NCBI GenBank assembly: GCA_011109175.1
Contig: RDEW01000024.1
Span: 365,199 to 429,198 of the forward strand
DNA length: 64,000 bases
Source: Dicyema japonicum
Lineage: Eukaryota; Animalia; Dicyemida
Direction of reading: 5' to 3'
Made by a program: the position numbers and the translations under genes. Every line of letters begins with the position of its first letter. Within the stretch, counting starts at the first letter, position 1. This document shows positions 37,996 to 50,870 of this stretch, piece by piece. Below the pieces are notes generated by a model. That model was not told where the DNA came from, searched no databases, and saw only the letters and a program-made list of their open reading frames with translations.

Positions 37996-40830
37996 GGCTG
38001 TAATATTTATTATTGACTTGGGAATTTTTGCAAATAAACAGTTTGGTAGTTATCAGATAATGAGTATTCTTGAGGTCTTAGTCCATGCGAACATAACATA
38101 ACATTTTTATTGAAGACCAAGTCGTAACGATAGTTAGGGGGATTAAAAATCCTGCCACGAAGCCTGGATTCTTTCGCAGTTTTATTCCCTCTAGCTTCAA
38201 AGTCTTGTCTGAACGTAAGTGTCATCCACTCTGGCCTTTAGAAGAAAACCCCTAAACCGTTCCACTACTACCAAATAACGAAGATCAACATTGATACCAC
38301 CGAACTTTTCGAGACGTCTGATATCAATTCCCGAAATAATTACGTTAGTACTAGGATTTCTGGGAGCCGTAAAATTCCTCATAAATATACCGAAGAACAG
38401 AGGACTCAAGACTGAGCCTTGTGGCACTTCCCCTTCATTACAATCACTTCAGAAGTGAGTCTTCCGCATCTCACAAATGATTTTCTCCCCGCCAGAAGAT
38501 TCATTAACCAATCGACTAAAAGTTTTGAAATTTCAGCTGCGACTAGCTGATAAACAGTGCATCATGTCAGACACGATCGAGATCCTTCGATATATCTAGG
38601 CAGACTCACTCAGCTGATAGTTGAAATTCTGGCCTTCGAAATTCCTGGCTCGTCCACGATTTTCATACTCGAAAGAGATTCTTCGCTACTAGATCCTTTG
38701 GATCAATCCCTTGAATTCTCTCGAGCAGCTCCAGAAAGGCATTAGGAATATCCGCTTCGGTGACATACTGTTTCTCTTTAAAATAACAGCATCTCATTTA
38801 TATCCAGGAGCTACAAGCCTCCATAAGACTTCCAGAATGTTGGTTCTTGTTGTCTACCCTGCCTTAGTTCTCCATTTATGACTTGTTTAAATAAAAATCT
38901 ATAGTCTCTGAGTATATTGAATTCTTCTCTTTAGATAATTCCTGATCCACACAATCCACACTATCTTAGTTTTGCCGAAGGCGATTCTCTGAAATTTCCA
39001 ACCTTGATATGGGTAAGACAGCGTCTTTAGAATATCCGAGAAAAAGGTGTAGTAAAACAATTTAGATACTCCTTCATATGTACTCACAATGTTTGCGAAA
39101 ACAGTCCACATCACACCTGGCGAAAACATAGACGTCGATAAAGAACATAGCTTATCAGTCATGAAAGTCCTGTAAGACTCCAATTGACATTATTAGTATC
39201 AAATTTCATAAAACTCCCGCAATACGTGGCCGACTTTAAATTAACACATAAGATTTTGGGAATATGGTCGCTTCCGAAGAATAGTAGTATCCAAATGCGC
39301 AGTAAGATGTGAAGACACTAGCAAAACACAAAGTTTACCACCACCTGTGTATGAATAATGATTTGGTTCCTTGGATGTCAAAACCTTGAAGCCAAGCGAG
39401 TCGGATAAATGTCTCAATCTTCGTCCATTCTGATTGGTCGAACCACACTTAAAAGCAACATGTTTAGAACTAAGACCTCCAACCAAAATAGATTCCGGGT
39501 TGTCGATAAAAAATTGGCGTATACTGTGCATACATTTTATAAGAATCTCGAATACACTCCTCCAATAGTAATCCCCACATCGTCACTGCAAATGTGAAAA
39601 GAATTAAATTCATATTCAGTGTTCCCTGTGATTGGGGCCTTCGACTATATAGATGTCATAGATAAAAGAGATGTTCCCGTATCAGCAGCAGCTCTTTCCT
39701 TCCATATAATATCTACAGACGAAAAACCATATAGAATGAAATCTTATTCTCTGATTTTAGTCTCGTTAACGACGATAATATCAGTCTCCTCGGCTTTCAC
39801 CAGTTCATCATGCCTTTTCCGAATGGATTCACCAGCATTATTTTTACATTTCTTGCTTTCAACAACTTTTCAGGTGGTCTAGCCTCTTCAGGTCTAGTGC
39901 CACCACATTCAGTAAATCCACATTTGCCTTCGAACATTCGTGGTGATAATGAAAGTCATCTCTTTTGAGTCATTCCCTTTCAGTTTCGAGTTTTTTTTCT
40001 CATTTTGTTTTCATCTTATTTTGAAGCATTCTATCCGTTTGCATGGTTTGCGTAATCTCCTTAAAGTCTTCAGTTTACTTACAAGTTTCGCAAGTAGACC
40101 CGCAGATTTCTTCAACTGATTGGACCATCTCGGGTTTATCTCATCTGACAGATTCATGAAAGTTAGTTTGGCGAACGCGCAATTCCTGAGTCTTCGCCAC
40201 AAGGAAACTTTTATAACACGACCAACAGTAGTTGATGCACTTCTCCGATCTCCTTTAAAGAGACAGCTGCTAAGTCCCGTGTTCCTCTCCACAAATAAAG
40301 TATTTCTCCCTTTCAATGCATCGAGATGCAACAAATTTATGGCATCTGAAACATCGGATTGCAGAGTCTTATTAGAGACGTAGCCTCAGCTCTTGATTTG
40401 AAGGTCAATTTTCCCACCTAAGGTTGTAACCTTCTTTCTTGAAGCAGTTGAAAGAAAATCCTGGCTGAAGAGTCACCAAAGATCTTCGTCAGTATTCCAC
40501 GAGGGGATCACCTTCAGAAACCACTTCAGATGGGGTAAACTCGGTGTGGAAATTCTGTGCCCATTCACACCAAATATGAAACTTTTTCCAGCTCTTAGTA
40601 AAAGCATATCTGTCTTTAATATTGAGAATTCAAGTGTTAAAGAACCCGATTTCCTCGGACTAATTCGAGCTTTACGTGCAGTTTCCAAATTAGCCAAAGT
40701 GTTAAAACAGTGAATCTTTCCAAATGCAGGATTAGTGATCACAAGAGAGACCACTGTTAGTCAGTTATATTAACTAGATGTAGTTGCTTCCAGAGAAGAC
40801 TTCTCATCACTTCGATTAGTAATACCTTTA
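37995..40830 (-). mobile_element. I/Jockey-type LINE, decayed: ORF1 zinc knuckles, APE and RT
   Basis: RCFRCHKF..SRC...ICGEEH (~40330), ILVGGLSSKH..NQNGRRL (39241-39531) and PQGSVLSPLFF (38197-38427). Confidence 0.8.
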
Positions 40831-41168
40831 ATGTTCTCAACAAAATTAATTTTTAAAAAATTAATGTTAAATATATTTAAGTCAATTAGTCAGTAGTAAT
40901 ATTTTTCAAATTACAATCCCTACAGCGTCATATTTTGAACTACTCATTTAAGCTAATCGTGGGGTATTTAACTGTGAGAATCTTAAGAAAGCAAAATGTG
41001 TTTGCCACTTAGACAAGACTGTCGAGAACTTAAATAGGACTGACCAGGAAAGCGAACTAATAATTGACTCGAGACTTATGAGAACTATCAAAATCATGGA
41101 TTCCCTAACTTCTAAATGAACATGCATAAAATAGTTCTAAACCCATTCCAATTAGATTTGTTAGTAAA

Positions 41169-41457
41169 TCAAGGATTTGAAGTTAATGCGAATTGGCTGT
41201 TAATTTGGTCCTTTAAATTAGTGATCAGAATACCAGCTTCTTTTTACGATGTCGAAAATAAATCAATATTAAGATTAATATTACAAAAGTGACCCCGAAA
41301 ATAGAAAAATTGACTATATTTTGGGTAGTATTCCATTCATATAACAATTGATCAGATATTGCTGTAAATGGAACAAAGGAATTTATGAAGAATATTGTGG
41401 AGAGAAATGATGGAAATAACTAAAATGCAAAATTTAAAGACAAACGATAATTCTCAT
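41169..41457 (-). pseudogene. Frameshifted paralog of the small membrane-protein gene at 43262-43552
   Basis: Same 26-nt first intron and a 23-nt second intron. Begins MRII|LFPSFLSTIFF and ends RHRKKKL|DQINSQFALTSNP*. The middle exon is out of frame. Lies in a ~600-bp direct repeat (~40950-41560 vs ~43110-43665). Confidence 0.7.
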
Positions 41458-41574
41458 GAAATTAGGTTAATATGTCAACTTTTATTTAATTTTATTAATT
41501 ACAATTTTTATTGGATAAAATTAAATATTATTTAAAATATATTTAATAATCGAACAATTAAAAAAATTTCATGA

Positions 41575-42410
41575 CAGATTGTCCTAACGAAAAACCAGGA
41601 CAGAAAAAGACGATTGTATGCTCAATTGATATCCAGAAGGCTTTTGACTCTTTTTTGAGGAAGATTATAACTCACAAAATATATTCGTCGAACATTGACG
41701 AAAATCTGAAATTATGGTTGGGAAATTTCTTAAGTGATCGACGAGGAAGAGTACACTATGGCAATCGATGTTCCGTATTGAGACTATTTGCAAATGGCGT
41801 TCCTAAGGGATCCCCATTATCTCCCCTCTTGTTTAACCTTATGATGAATGAGTTGCCACTCCCACAGGGGGATGATGACATATATTAACGTATACAGATG
41901 ATATAGTCATTTCTTCGAAGGATGTGAGTATTATCGAAGCAACGAGAAGAGTAAAGGACAATCTGAATAAACTAAGTTATGGCTTTGAGAAAATCAATTG
42001 ACTGCTAGCCCGGAGAAGTCGGTGTTGACCCTATTCACGACAAACAGAAGACTAGAAAAAGTATCAATTGACTAGGGAAAGTCACATTGGATGGGAAAAA
42101 TATCCCGCAAAACAAATACCAGAAAATCCTAGGAGTTACCTTTGACACCTTCTTAACCTTTACAAAACACGTCTAAAATATGTTATTGACTTGTACGAAG
42201 AAAATCAACTTCCTGAATGCGTTCTTGGGAAACCTAAGAGACAAAAAAGATCTGAATGGACTGGATGTCATATATAAACAGTTCATCGAGTCTAATATAG
42301 GATACGCATGTACTGTCTGGAGATCTAACCTTGCTGCAACGAATTTGGACAAGATCTGCAACATTCAAGTGAAGGCAGCAAACCTACTAAGGAAATCTTC
42401 CCGTGTGGAA
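41575..42410 (+). mobile_element. I-type LINE RT fragment
   Basis: SIDIQKAFDS, GVPKGSPLSPLLFN, YTDD and KILGVTFD motifs. Confidence 0.85.
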
Positions 42411-42900
42411 ATCCTACCCAGAAACCTTGAAAATATGATAGAGGCGACTGGAACAGTACCCGAGTATGCGGACCTCGCCCATATCGGTCCCTTGCTCTTT
42501 CCTGGTTTATGCAGAAGAATCAAAATTCCATCACCAAGTTTCAAGGGGGAATGCGTCTCAAATACCTCATTGAAAATCTTTGTAATGAAGGTTGTCAGTT
42601 TGCCTGGTGCATACTTGATCATTTCTCCATGTATGTTGTCTGGTCCCCCTGCCCAGATGTTGTTTAATTTAATGTTTCCTCTGTAGAGATCGGTAGATTC
42701 AAGCTTCTTGGTGATGGCTCTACATGTGAGGTTTCATTTTCATTCAAAATTCCTGAAATGTTCGGCAATAATCTCAGTTTTTTTTTATTATCCAATACAT
42801 TTTTTCCTTGACTGTCGTGAATACAAATATTCGTAGGTTGAACTCCCCTCTGCAAAAGGCGAACTGCTCGAAACATTTGTGTTCCGTATCCCAACTTCTC
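42410..42900 (-). mobile_element. RTE pre-RT fragment
   Basis: MIKYAPGKL...NEVFET...LGDGILILLHKPGKSKGP. Confidence 0.8.
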
Positions 42901-43261
42901 AAGTTGGCAGTTACCTCAACTAAATAAAGAAATTTTATTATTATTTTTACAAGAAAATTCGCTTTAGTGAATATTTCTTGAACAGTAGATCGTTCAACGG
43001 ATAAGTTTAGACTGAGAAGCTAAAAAGTTGGTTCTTGACTCAGGCATACTCCACCATTGCTTATGTAATCAAGCTAATTTTTCATTCGAGAGATAAAATA
43101 GTCATTTACGCTTAATCATGGGCTATTTAACTGTAACGAATGTAATAAAAACAAAACGTGTTTGCCACGTAGACAAGACTGTTGAGAATTTAAATAGCAA
43201 GGATTCAAGTGAACATAAAAAATTAAAATCTAAACCCTTTCCCATTAGATTTGTTAGTAAA

Positions 43262-43552
43262 TCAATGATTCGAAGTTAATGCGAATTGGTTGTTAATTTG
43301 GACCTAAAATTAGTGATCAAAATACCAGCTTTTTTCTACGATGTCGAAGGTATATAAAAAATCCGATTAATATTACACCAGCGACAGTGAAATAAGAAAT
43401 GATGCCAATAACTTTGCTAGTGTATTCCATATGAATCTCATATTGATCATTCATTGTTGTAAGTGGAGCAAAGCAATTTATGAAGAATATTGTGGAGAGA
43501 AATGATGGAAATAACTAAAATGCTAAATTGAAAGACAAACGATAATTCTCAT
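43262..43552 (-). CDS. Novel 80-aa type-I membrane protein (3 exons: 43552-43541, 43514-43326, 43303-43262)
   Basis: Introns of 26 and 22 nt splice in frame to MRIILFPSFLSTIFFINC (signal-like), a short ectodomain, VIGIISYFTVAGVILIGFFIYL (TM), RHRRKK (stop-transfer) and LVQINNQFALTSNH*. Splice sites and stop are conserved in the paralog at 41169-41457. Confidence 0.65.
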
Positions 43553-43699
43553 GAAATTAGGTTAATATGTCAACTTTTATTTAATTTTATTAATTACAAT
43601 TTTTATTGGATAAAATAAAGTATTATTAAAATATATTTAATAATCGAACAAATAAAAAAAATTTCCGAACAATTAATACGAGGACCTCTGACTTATCCA

Positions 43700-45330
43700 C
43701 TTAGCATTTGATTAGTTTGGCTCACACGATGCTGTCAGTGGTTGGTTGTTCAGTTAAGAAGACTAATGTGTAGTTCACATTATGCAAGTCCCCGTCTTTA
43801 CACAAGAATGCCGAAAATGGGATCTAGTGAAAAACATTGAACTAAGATGAGGAAGCTGTTGAAACCACGTTTCAGTATATCAGAGATCTCGTACTTTGTG
43901 ATCTCTGAGAAGGGAAACCTCCCATCAGTGTGTTAAATAACAGTGTTCAAAATAGATCTTTGCAAGACTTTTTTCTCAAATAATATAATATTTATTAGAA
44001 AAGTATGTGTCCCTGGTATTATCCCTTCATTCTAAAGTATAGATATAGGTTCGAAACTTTTTTATCTTCGCTTCGTTGACAATTAAAATATCCTTGGCTT
44101 TTGCCAGGGAAACTAATTCCTGATGCCTCCTCAGGATTGATCGAAATTCATGAGAATGATTTTCATATTTCGATTACAGGTCTTGTCAATGTGATCTCTT
44201 CAGGAACAGAACCATACGTTAAGTAACGTTAAGTACAAAATTCAATTTACCACCTTCTTCACTCAGGCTGTTAATCTCCTGTTAACTCTGATTTTTTTCA
44301 GAGGGCCCTAGTAGGCTCCCAGCAAGACCTCTTTAGCTTTTCCTCCAGATATTAATTATCCACATTGACTTTTTCCATGTTGGCTTCACAATATCAGAGT
44401 TTAGGGTCTCATATTTGGTCATGATTTCATGCTTGTTTTTATTTGACTTCATATCTAGGTAACGTAAGGAAAAAGATTTTCGCATTTTTTCCACGTGTCC
44501 GAGACATGACAGTTATCTCCTTTTCTCATAGAGGTCACAGCTTCTCTGGCGATCGGACAACAATCATAGCCTGTTCTGTGGTTGCCTGACCCGCAGTTGA
44601 TACAAGATACGGGGAACTGTGGTCTTCCCATTAGAAACTGCAATGTCTTGCAATGTGTCCGAAATATTCAAATAAAAACATCTAGTGACGGTCTTCTGAC
44701 CTACTCAAAAAATATTTCTATCCATCCAATATAAAAAAAGCTTCTGTCTCAGTAGCTGCTCATCTTTACAACACTGAGTTTATTTCTATCTCTACTGGCG
44801 TTTATGGACTGGCGTTTTATGGATTCGGTGATAGGGGCAAGTTCTTTTTATAGACCATAAGTTCGTCGTTATCAGCCCATGTCGACACATTCACTAGAAA
44901 AATCTCCGTATACCTCTTTTGGATTTCGATTGTCTTATGATTGCCTATTCCTAAAGAAGACAAATTGATTTCTTCTATGAATGAGGTTTTGTCTGCCTTC
45001 TCTCAAAATTTAATTCGGAAAACTCCGTGACCTTTTTCCAATCACTCTGACATTCCTTAGGGATTTCAGTCCACATAATAGATCTTCAAACTTGATCTTT
45101 CCATACTCTTGTCAATGACTGAAAGATCAACTATTAAAACACTCGGATTCCGTTCATCTCCATAACTTATCTTTTATATTGTAGTTGAGTTGAGACTTTC
45201 TTTCTTTCTTGCTATGGTTGATTCGGACTTCTTCAGATTATTCCTGCAATTTTTTAGCTTTTCTTTTTTTGTTGTCAATACTTTTCAAACTTTTCTTTAA
45301 TGAAATTTTTGCACACATGGTCAAACTGTT
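43700..45330 (-). mobile_element. I/Jockey-type LINE ORF1 and APE start, decayed
   Basis: FGHIARHC and CINCGSGNHRTGYDCC zinc knuckles (44455-44690); DILIVNEAK-like APE start near 44100. Confidence 0.65.
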
Positions 45331-45699
45331 ATCCACGTTTTTTTGGATAACAGTTGCTTATGCTTTTGTATCTTGTCTCGACAAAAATAATGTATAGAAA
45401 TCAGTGGCTATATTCGTGTGAGGTTGAATGCATCAAGGCCTTTGGTAGACAGTAATTAGAAGAGGACGTTCGTAGAAGTAAAATATGTCAGCTTCAGATG
45501 TTGAAAGTTCACGATGAAAGAAATTTTTGACAAGTCAATGTGAAATCAGTAATATGTAGAAAAATATCAAATTCAACTTTTTTATTAGTTAAATAAAAAT
45601 ATCTCACATTTGTTTTTACATGGGGATCTAAGAAAAAGGACATTTTACTATGTCAAAAATACTGTTGAGAAAATATTCATTATTCGAGGATTACCTAAT

Positions 45700-46510
45700 C
45701 CCTTCGATTTCAGGAATGCAACAAGTGGATCTCCTCAGACCCTGTTGTTATTTCTGCCATCAATGTTCTCTCAGTGGGGTCTCTAACGGAGTCTGGACAA
45801 TGCTGTATACCTGAAGTCTTGAGGAAGATTTGCTAGTGTAATCTAACCAACATCGTCATGCCTGTTTGTTATCGGGGCCCTTCCTGGCTCAAAGTCAAAC
45901 CTAATGAAGTTTTTGGTATTTTTTCGAATGATGAATTCTTCCGTATTGGGATCTCATTCTGACTGAGATTGAAAGTATTGTGCCATATCCGTGTCAATGC
46001 GGAGACCAGATCGACTGTTTTGGCCTACACCCCTCTCCTGTATAAAGAATTAAAAAAGATCTTCTAGACAAATGACCTTAAACGAAGTCGTTAGGCGATC
46101 GTTGGACGCGTCCGGACAACACCAATACTCGAACCAGTCGGTCTTTGCAGGCGTGACGTTAAACGAAAAGATAAAGTGACCACCTTCCCCTTTCAGCCAG
46201 GAAACCTCTGATCTGGGACGTTTACCTTGCAACCTACTCCAGAGAGCTTCTGGAGTCTGTTTGGCTGATATGAAAGTCGTGAGGTTGACACGGGAAAAGT
46301 ACGTTGTCATTTCTAAGGAATTTTTGTTTGTTCAGCTCGCCATTGAGACTTCTGGTTCCCTTGCGCCTGCGACGCTGGAATTCTTGAGTCGTCTAGGGAA
46401 TCGTATTTCTATAGGATCGTGAGATCCCTGTGAGCGTTGCTGGTTATTTGAGCAAATCTTGCTCGCCATCATGAGAAGGAATACCCACGCAGTCAGGACG
46501 GCTGCTATAT
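45700..46510 (+). mobile_element. CRE-clade 3' fragment
   Basis: SGPFLAQ..LRIG, VKVP.GKR.DHVTP, FVQLAIETSGSL, FLSRLGNRI and WLFEQILLAIMRRN motifs. Confidence 0.7.
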
Positions 46511-46632
46511 GACCATTTGTTCACTTTATTTTGTCATTAATAAATAATTTAGATTTAAAAAAATTAATCAATATAAAAAATTAAATTTAACAAATTAATT
46601 AGTAATTAATTTAGTAATTGTAACAATTAAAA

Positions 46633-47778
46633 TCATAAACCGCAGTACATCGATCGTAGTAGTTTGAATGAAAATTTTTTCCCCTAAAATTACAAACTAT
46701 AAGAATACTTGAAAATATTCATCGGGGTTAAACTTTTTGTCACGAATTGTCTGAAAATTAAAACTCTGAATATTATTTTATGAATTGTACTTTAAAAAAT
46801 GGATGTTTAAGTACATCATCATCTTTTAAGGATCCTAGTCTATCGTGAGGGGATTTAATTAATAACTGAGATTCAACAAATTCAAAACCTTTGATATTAA
46901 ATTCCTACATTTCACATTAGTCATCATAGGGAAGTGAGGATTGTGATGTAGAATATCCCAGTAAAGTTCGCGAGTATTCGTTTTAAAATAAGGAAGCTAA
47001 AATTAGTAAAGTAAACTATACTTTTCCAAAGTACATGTAATAAATTATTATACCAAGGGACCACCAATCCGCACTATAGGAAATTTTATTGTATCTCAGT
47101 ATTTCGGGAGAAAAATAGTGAGGTGATCCATAGTTTGAATGACAAAATGATTTACGACTGTCGTTCATTTTACTCAAATGAAAATTAGTTATTTTCACAT
47201 AACCGTCAGTCCCCAACATTAGATTCTGTAACTTAAGATCGCTAAAATTTATAAAAGTAAAAACCTATGGATGATCTTGTTAGCATGCAAGAACTCTACT
47301 CCAAGAGCTACACAGGCTGAGTAAAACTTTATTTGTCTATAAGAGAAGCGTTGCTTTTGCATTAAACGTTCTAAATCACCCATCTGCATGTACTTCATTG
47401 GAAGGAAGAGATTAGACTAACAATTAATAGAATCCCAACATTATCAAAATAATATGACTTTAGGTGGACAAAAAATATATTATTTGTTCTTGTGACTAAA
47501 TCAAATACTTTCACTTCATTTATTATTCTTTGCAAGTCGACTGAAGCCGTAAGACTATGAAGTCTCACTGCGCATTTGTTTTGGTTTTTATCTTTGCACA
47601 AATCAACCTATTTATTAATATAACGTGACTTTTCCAAATGATCCATTTCCAATTTCTTTTACTATTGTGTAATCAGTTGGGATGGATCTATTAGAATATA
47701 TTATATTGTATACCTCTCAATTTGCAAATTCTGTTCGTCCAATGAATTTTGTAATTTTTCAATAATACTATTCTCCAT
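46633..47778 (-). CDS. Intact 317-aa divergent PKN-like AGC kinase, predicted pseudokinase; 9 exons
   Basis: Introns 47713-47688, 47629-47608, 47439-47417, 47264-47242, 47021-46997, 46888-46866, 46790-46766 and 46708-46684 (22-26 nt, all GT-AG) give 954 nt in frame. Motifs GNGSFG and FYSACVALGVEFLH..KIIH(S)DLKLQNLML..DGYVKI are PKN-like. The last exon is the least certain. Confidence 0.88.
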
Positions 47779-48469
47779 AATTCGAAAATATTTGCTTTTT
47801 CGTATTTATAGTCAAGGCATTAATTTTTATTACTAATTATTTGTTTAGTCACATAAATTTTCTACGTATTTCATTTCATACCTGAATTTTATTTTTCTTA
47901 TAAGCTAAATTTTATAAAATATTTTACATTATTACTTTTAGTTTCCATTAATGTTGCAACGTCTTGTGTGTTCTGGTAACGAAATAATAAAATAATAAAC
48001 TATGAACACATTACTAATATAAAATTTAATTTCAAGTTCGTGTTGAATTTTACAAATAACGCTAAAAAGTTAGTTTTTGATGTATTTAATAATACTTTAC
48101 TGAATTTATGCAATTTTTTGTAATCTCTGGTCATTTCCAATTAAAACTTTTTAATTTAAGAATCTTCTCATCATTAATTATATTGGCAAAAAAGTTCCCA
48201 TCTCCTATCGGATTCCTCTGCAGGAATGAGAAGGCTACTGTAGTAAGGACCACAAGTGTTGGATGGCTCAGTTGATTGCGGGAACTGGGATTACCTAACT
48301 TTTAACGTTTTTTCTGTGTTTCTTTCCCAATGATCCAGGGTTTTTAAATAAATAAACATTCTGGATATTATTTATTTCTCGGTTTGTTTGGTGAACGTTT
48401 ATATTTTGATTATCAAGAATAAACTCAACCTACATAAATCACGCTTCGTTGTTTTTTATGATTGCTTCC

Positions 48470-48720
48470 TTTTCTGCACTTTCCGAGGAGCCATATCAGC
48501 TATCACTCCCCTCAGGTAGAGCACACACTTTATTTTAAGCAAATAACAGATATCATAGCTAATCGATGAGGGAGAATCAAGGAATGCTCTTCACTTCTTT
48601 ATTTTTCTTTTTGTCGGGTGTATGTCCTTTATAGACGATTCTATTCCGCAATGAAATGTTCATTGATGACGCCGTCACTCGTCAAGCCAAAGCATAGAGA
48701 TGCGTGGAACCTTCAACCGA
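48470..48720 (-). mobile_element. SINE, divergent subfamily, 5'-truncated, different 3' tail
   Basis: Core collinear with the other copies; the tail ends ...GGCTCCTCGGAAAGTGCAG. Confidence 0.8.
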
Positions 48721-48749
48721 AATTTACAGTAACGGAATTTGAACTAGCG

Positions 48750-49880
48750 ACCTTCAGATCTTTTACCCGGCAACCGTTATACTGCACATCCTCACGATTG
48801 CTTTCGGTAGATTTTCTGATTTTAGCGATCATTAGATCTCATTTGAAATATTTGTATTGTTGTAAGTCTCCAGAAGGATCGAAGTCGTCATAACATAATT
48901 CAAATTTCTACAAATGCTTAGAGGTAATAGCAATCTTCAGGTCAGATTAAGTCAATAGAGCAGTGATTCCCAATTTTTAGGTGCTCGCGAAACCTTTTTG
49001 TGCTAATTTTTTTCGGAACCTTTCCAATTCAATTATTACAATTTTTACTTAAAACATTACCAAAAACAATTTTAATGTGAAAATTGAGGTAACTCTTTTA
49101 GCATAGTCATTAACAATTGATATATCATCATGATTGGTGGATATACACAATCTCTGAACGATCGGCGTTCATCGAATAATAGTAAGAACAGACTTTATGC
49201 TTGTAGAACCTCTGAGGTTCATTTAGTTTACATGACCGATTTTCGCGTGTGTCAATTCGCGTCCATTTGAATTGAAAATCACATTTATATGAGGGTGTAG
49301 ATTATCCCCAGAGACTTTGAACACCCACATCTTTAACCAACTTAGAGGCTCATGTATTTTGTTTTTTCAAAAGCAGCCTTTGATAAAGAGGAACCGCCAT
49401 AACAATCCAAATGACCAATTGTCACGATGTTAATGAATTTCCTTTCACTGTCTGTTCATATTATGCTCTTCGCCACAAATTAAGCCCTTTTTTGCAGAAA
49501 TTCTTAATATTTCCAAATTTTTGGACTCGGAAGCACCTAGTCACCGGTTTCCTGTACCATTCGAAATAAACTTTCTGGAGATTAAACATTATGCGAACCT
49601 CACAAGTAACATGGTTATCGCCTTCGAATTCAAAGTTGTTGAAACGTTTAATCTGTCCCAATGCCATGTTTTTAACTTCCAGGTTCACTACAATCATACG
49701 TCATGGTAGACGAAACAAATCGCTCAGAGTGTCCTTTTCATATGGAAGCAGCATCTTGATATTGTTCACTAATTCAATCTCCTTTTTTGGATTCAGACTT
49801 GTTTATGGGTTTATCTTCCTTAGCGAGTTTTTATTATTTTTGTTATTAGTCGTCGTCCATAGCCTGGACATTTGCCCATA
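48750..49880 (-). mobile_element. I/Jockey-type LINE ORF1 plus APE remnant
   Basis: YRKPVTRCFRVQKFGNIKNFC (degenerate gag knuckle), followed by decayed APE-like sequence. Confidence 0.6.
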
Positions 49881-50339
49881 AATTAAAAAAATATTTTAAA
49901 TAAAACTTCAGTACTGAAATTAATAGTGAATTAAAAAAATAATAAAACTGTCTATATTATCTTTAAATAACTAGAACTAGAAGGTGTCTTTTGTGGGTTT
50001 TTTTCCAAAATTCATTGAAAAAATCATGATTTATATATCATTTATAAAACTTACTAGATTAAATTAATATTTTAATAATAAAGACAATAAACACTTATAT
50101 TATTTTCAGACATCATATCATTTTTTCCTATGGGAACAATGTCGTTACTTGGAGACAAGTTCTTGGAATGAGTCAGGATCATGGAGTTAGTTTGGTTATC
50201 TTTGGTCTTTGGAATAATTTTAATTTAATTTCACAATCCGAAAGGGAACCCGAATTTTTTGTTACTGTATGTGAGTGTAAAATCATAATTATCAATTTAA
50301 TTTTTAATTTTCTGTAATTAAAAAAAATTTTGTCTTCTT

Positions 50340-50870
50340 TCTAATTCAATAACAGGCATCATCTGCCAAGAGACTGTTGGCCGTGTACGACAACAATTAA
50401 AAAAGTTCGTGGAATCAATACAACTCTCGTTATTTTCCAACCTGGACAAGATTCCAATCTCTAGGAAAACACCTCTGTAACATGCTCGACCACTCCCAAA
50501 GTCGCAAAAGTAATTAGGGAAAAGCGGAAACGATCCCGAAACGAAAATATTTACCTAACGTCCTCCGTTCGGCAAAGTCAGTTGAAAGAGAGTCCAAGTT
50601 ATTGCTGGGTATTATATTTGTCATCGAAAAAATAACAACACAGATAACATCCCATATGAGAGAGTGTTTTTGGCAATGTGAAAATTGTCATCCCGTCTGG
50701 TCGCCTCCATCACCTTTAATGGATCATCTCAACTGATACAACGATTTATCTCCTTGCCTGGCTGGCACGAAAAATGACCATTTGATTCCAAAACTCCACT
50801 AGAGGAGTTTCCACAACTGCAAATATGAACTTTTATGTTGATTCCAGATGGATTCTGTTTCTGTAGAAGT
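50340..50870 (-). mobile_element. CRE-clade 3' fragment, old
   Basis: RPDGMTIF and FRDRFRFSLITFATLG motifs. Confidence 0.6.

Noticed and set aside
46633-47778. Introner-like origin of the micro-introns
   Set aside because: The introns share only AT richness and GT/AG ends, with no common sequence or flanking duplications.
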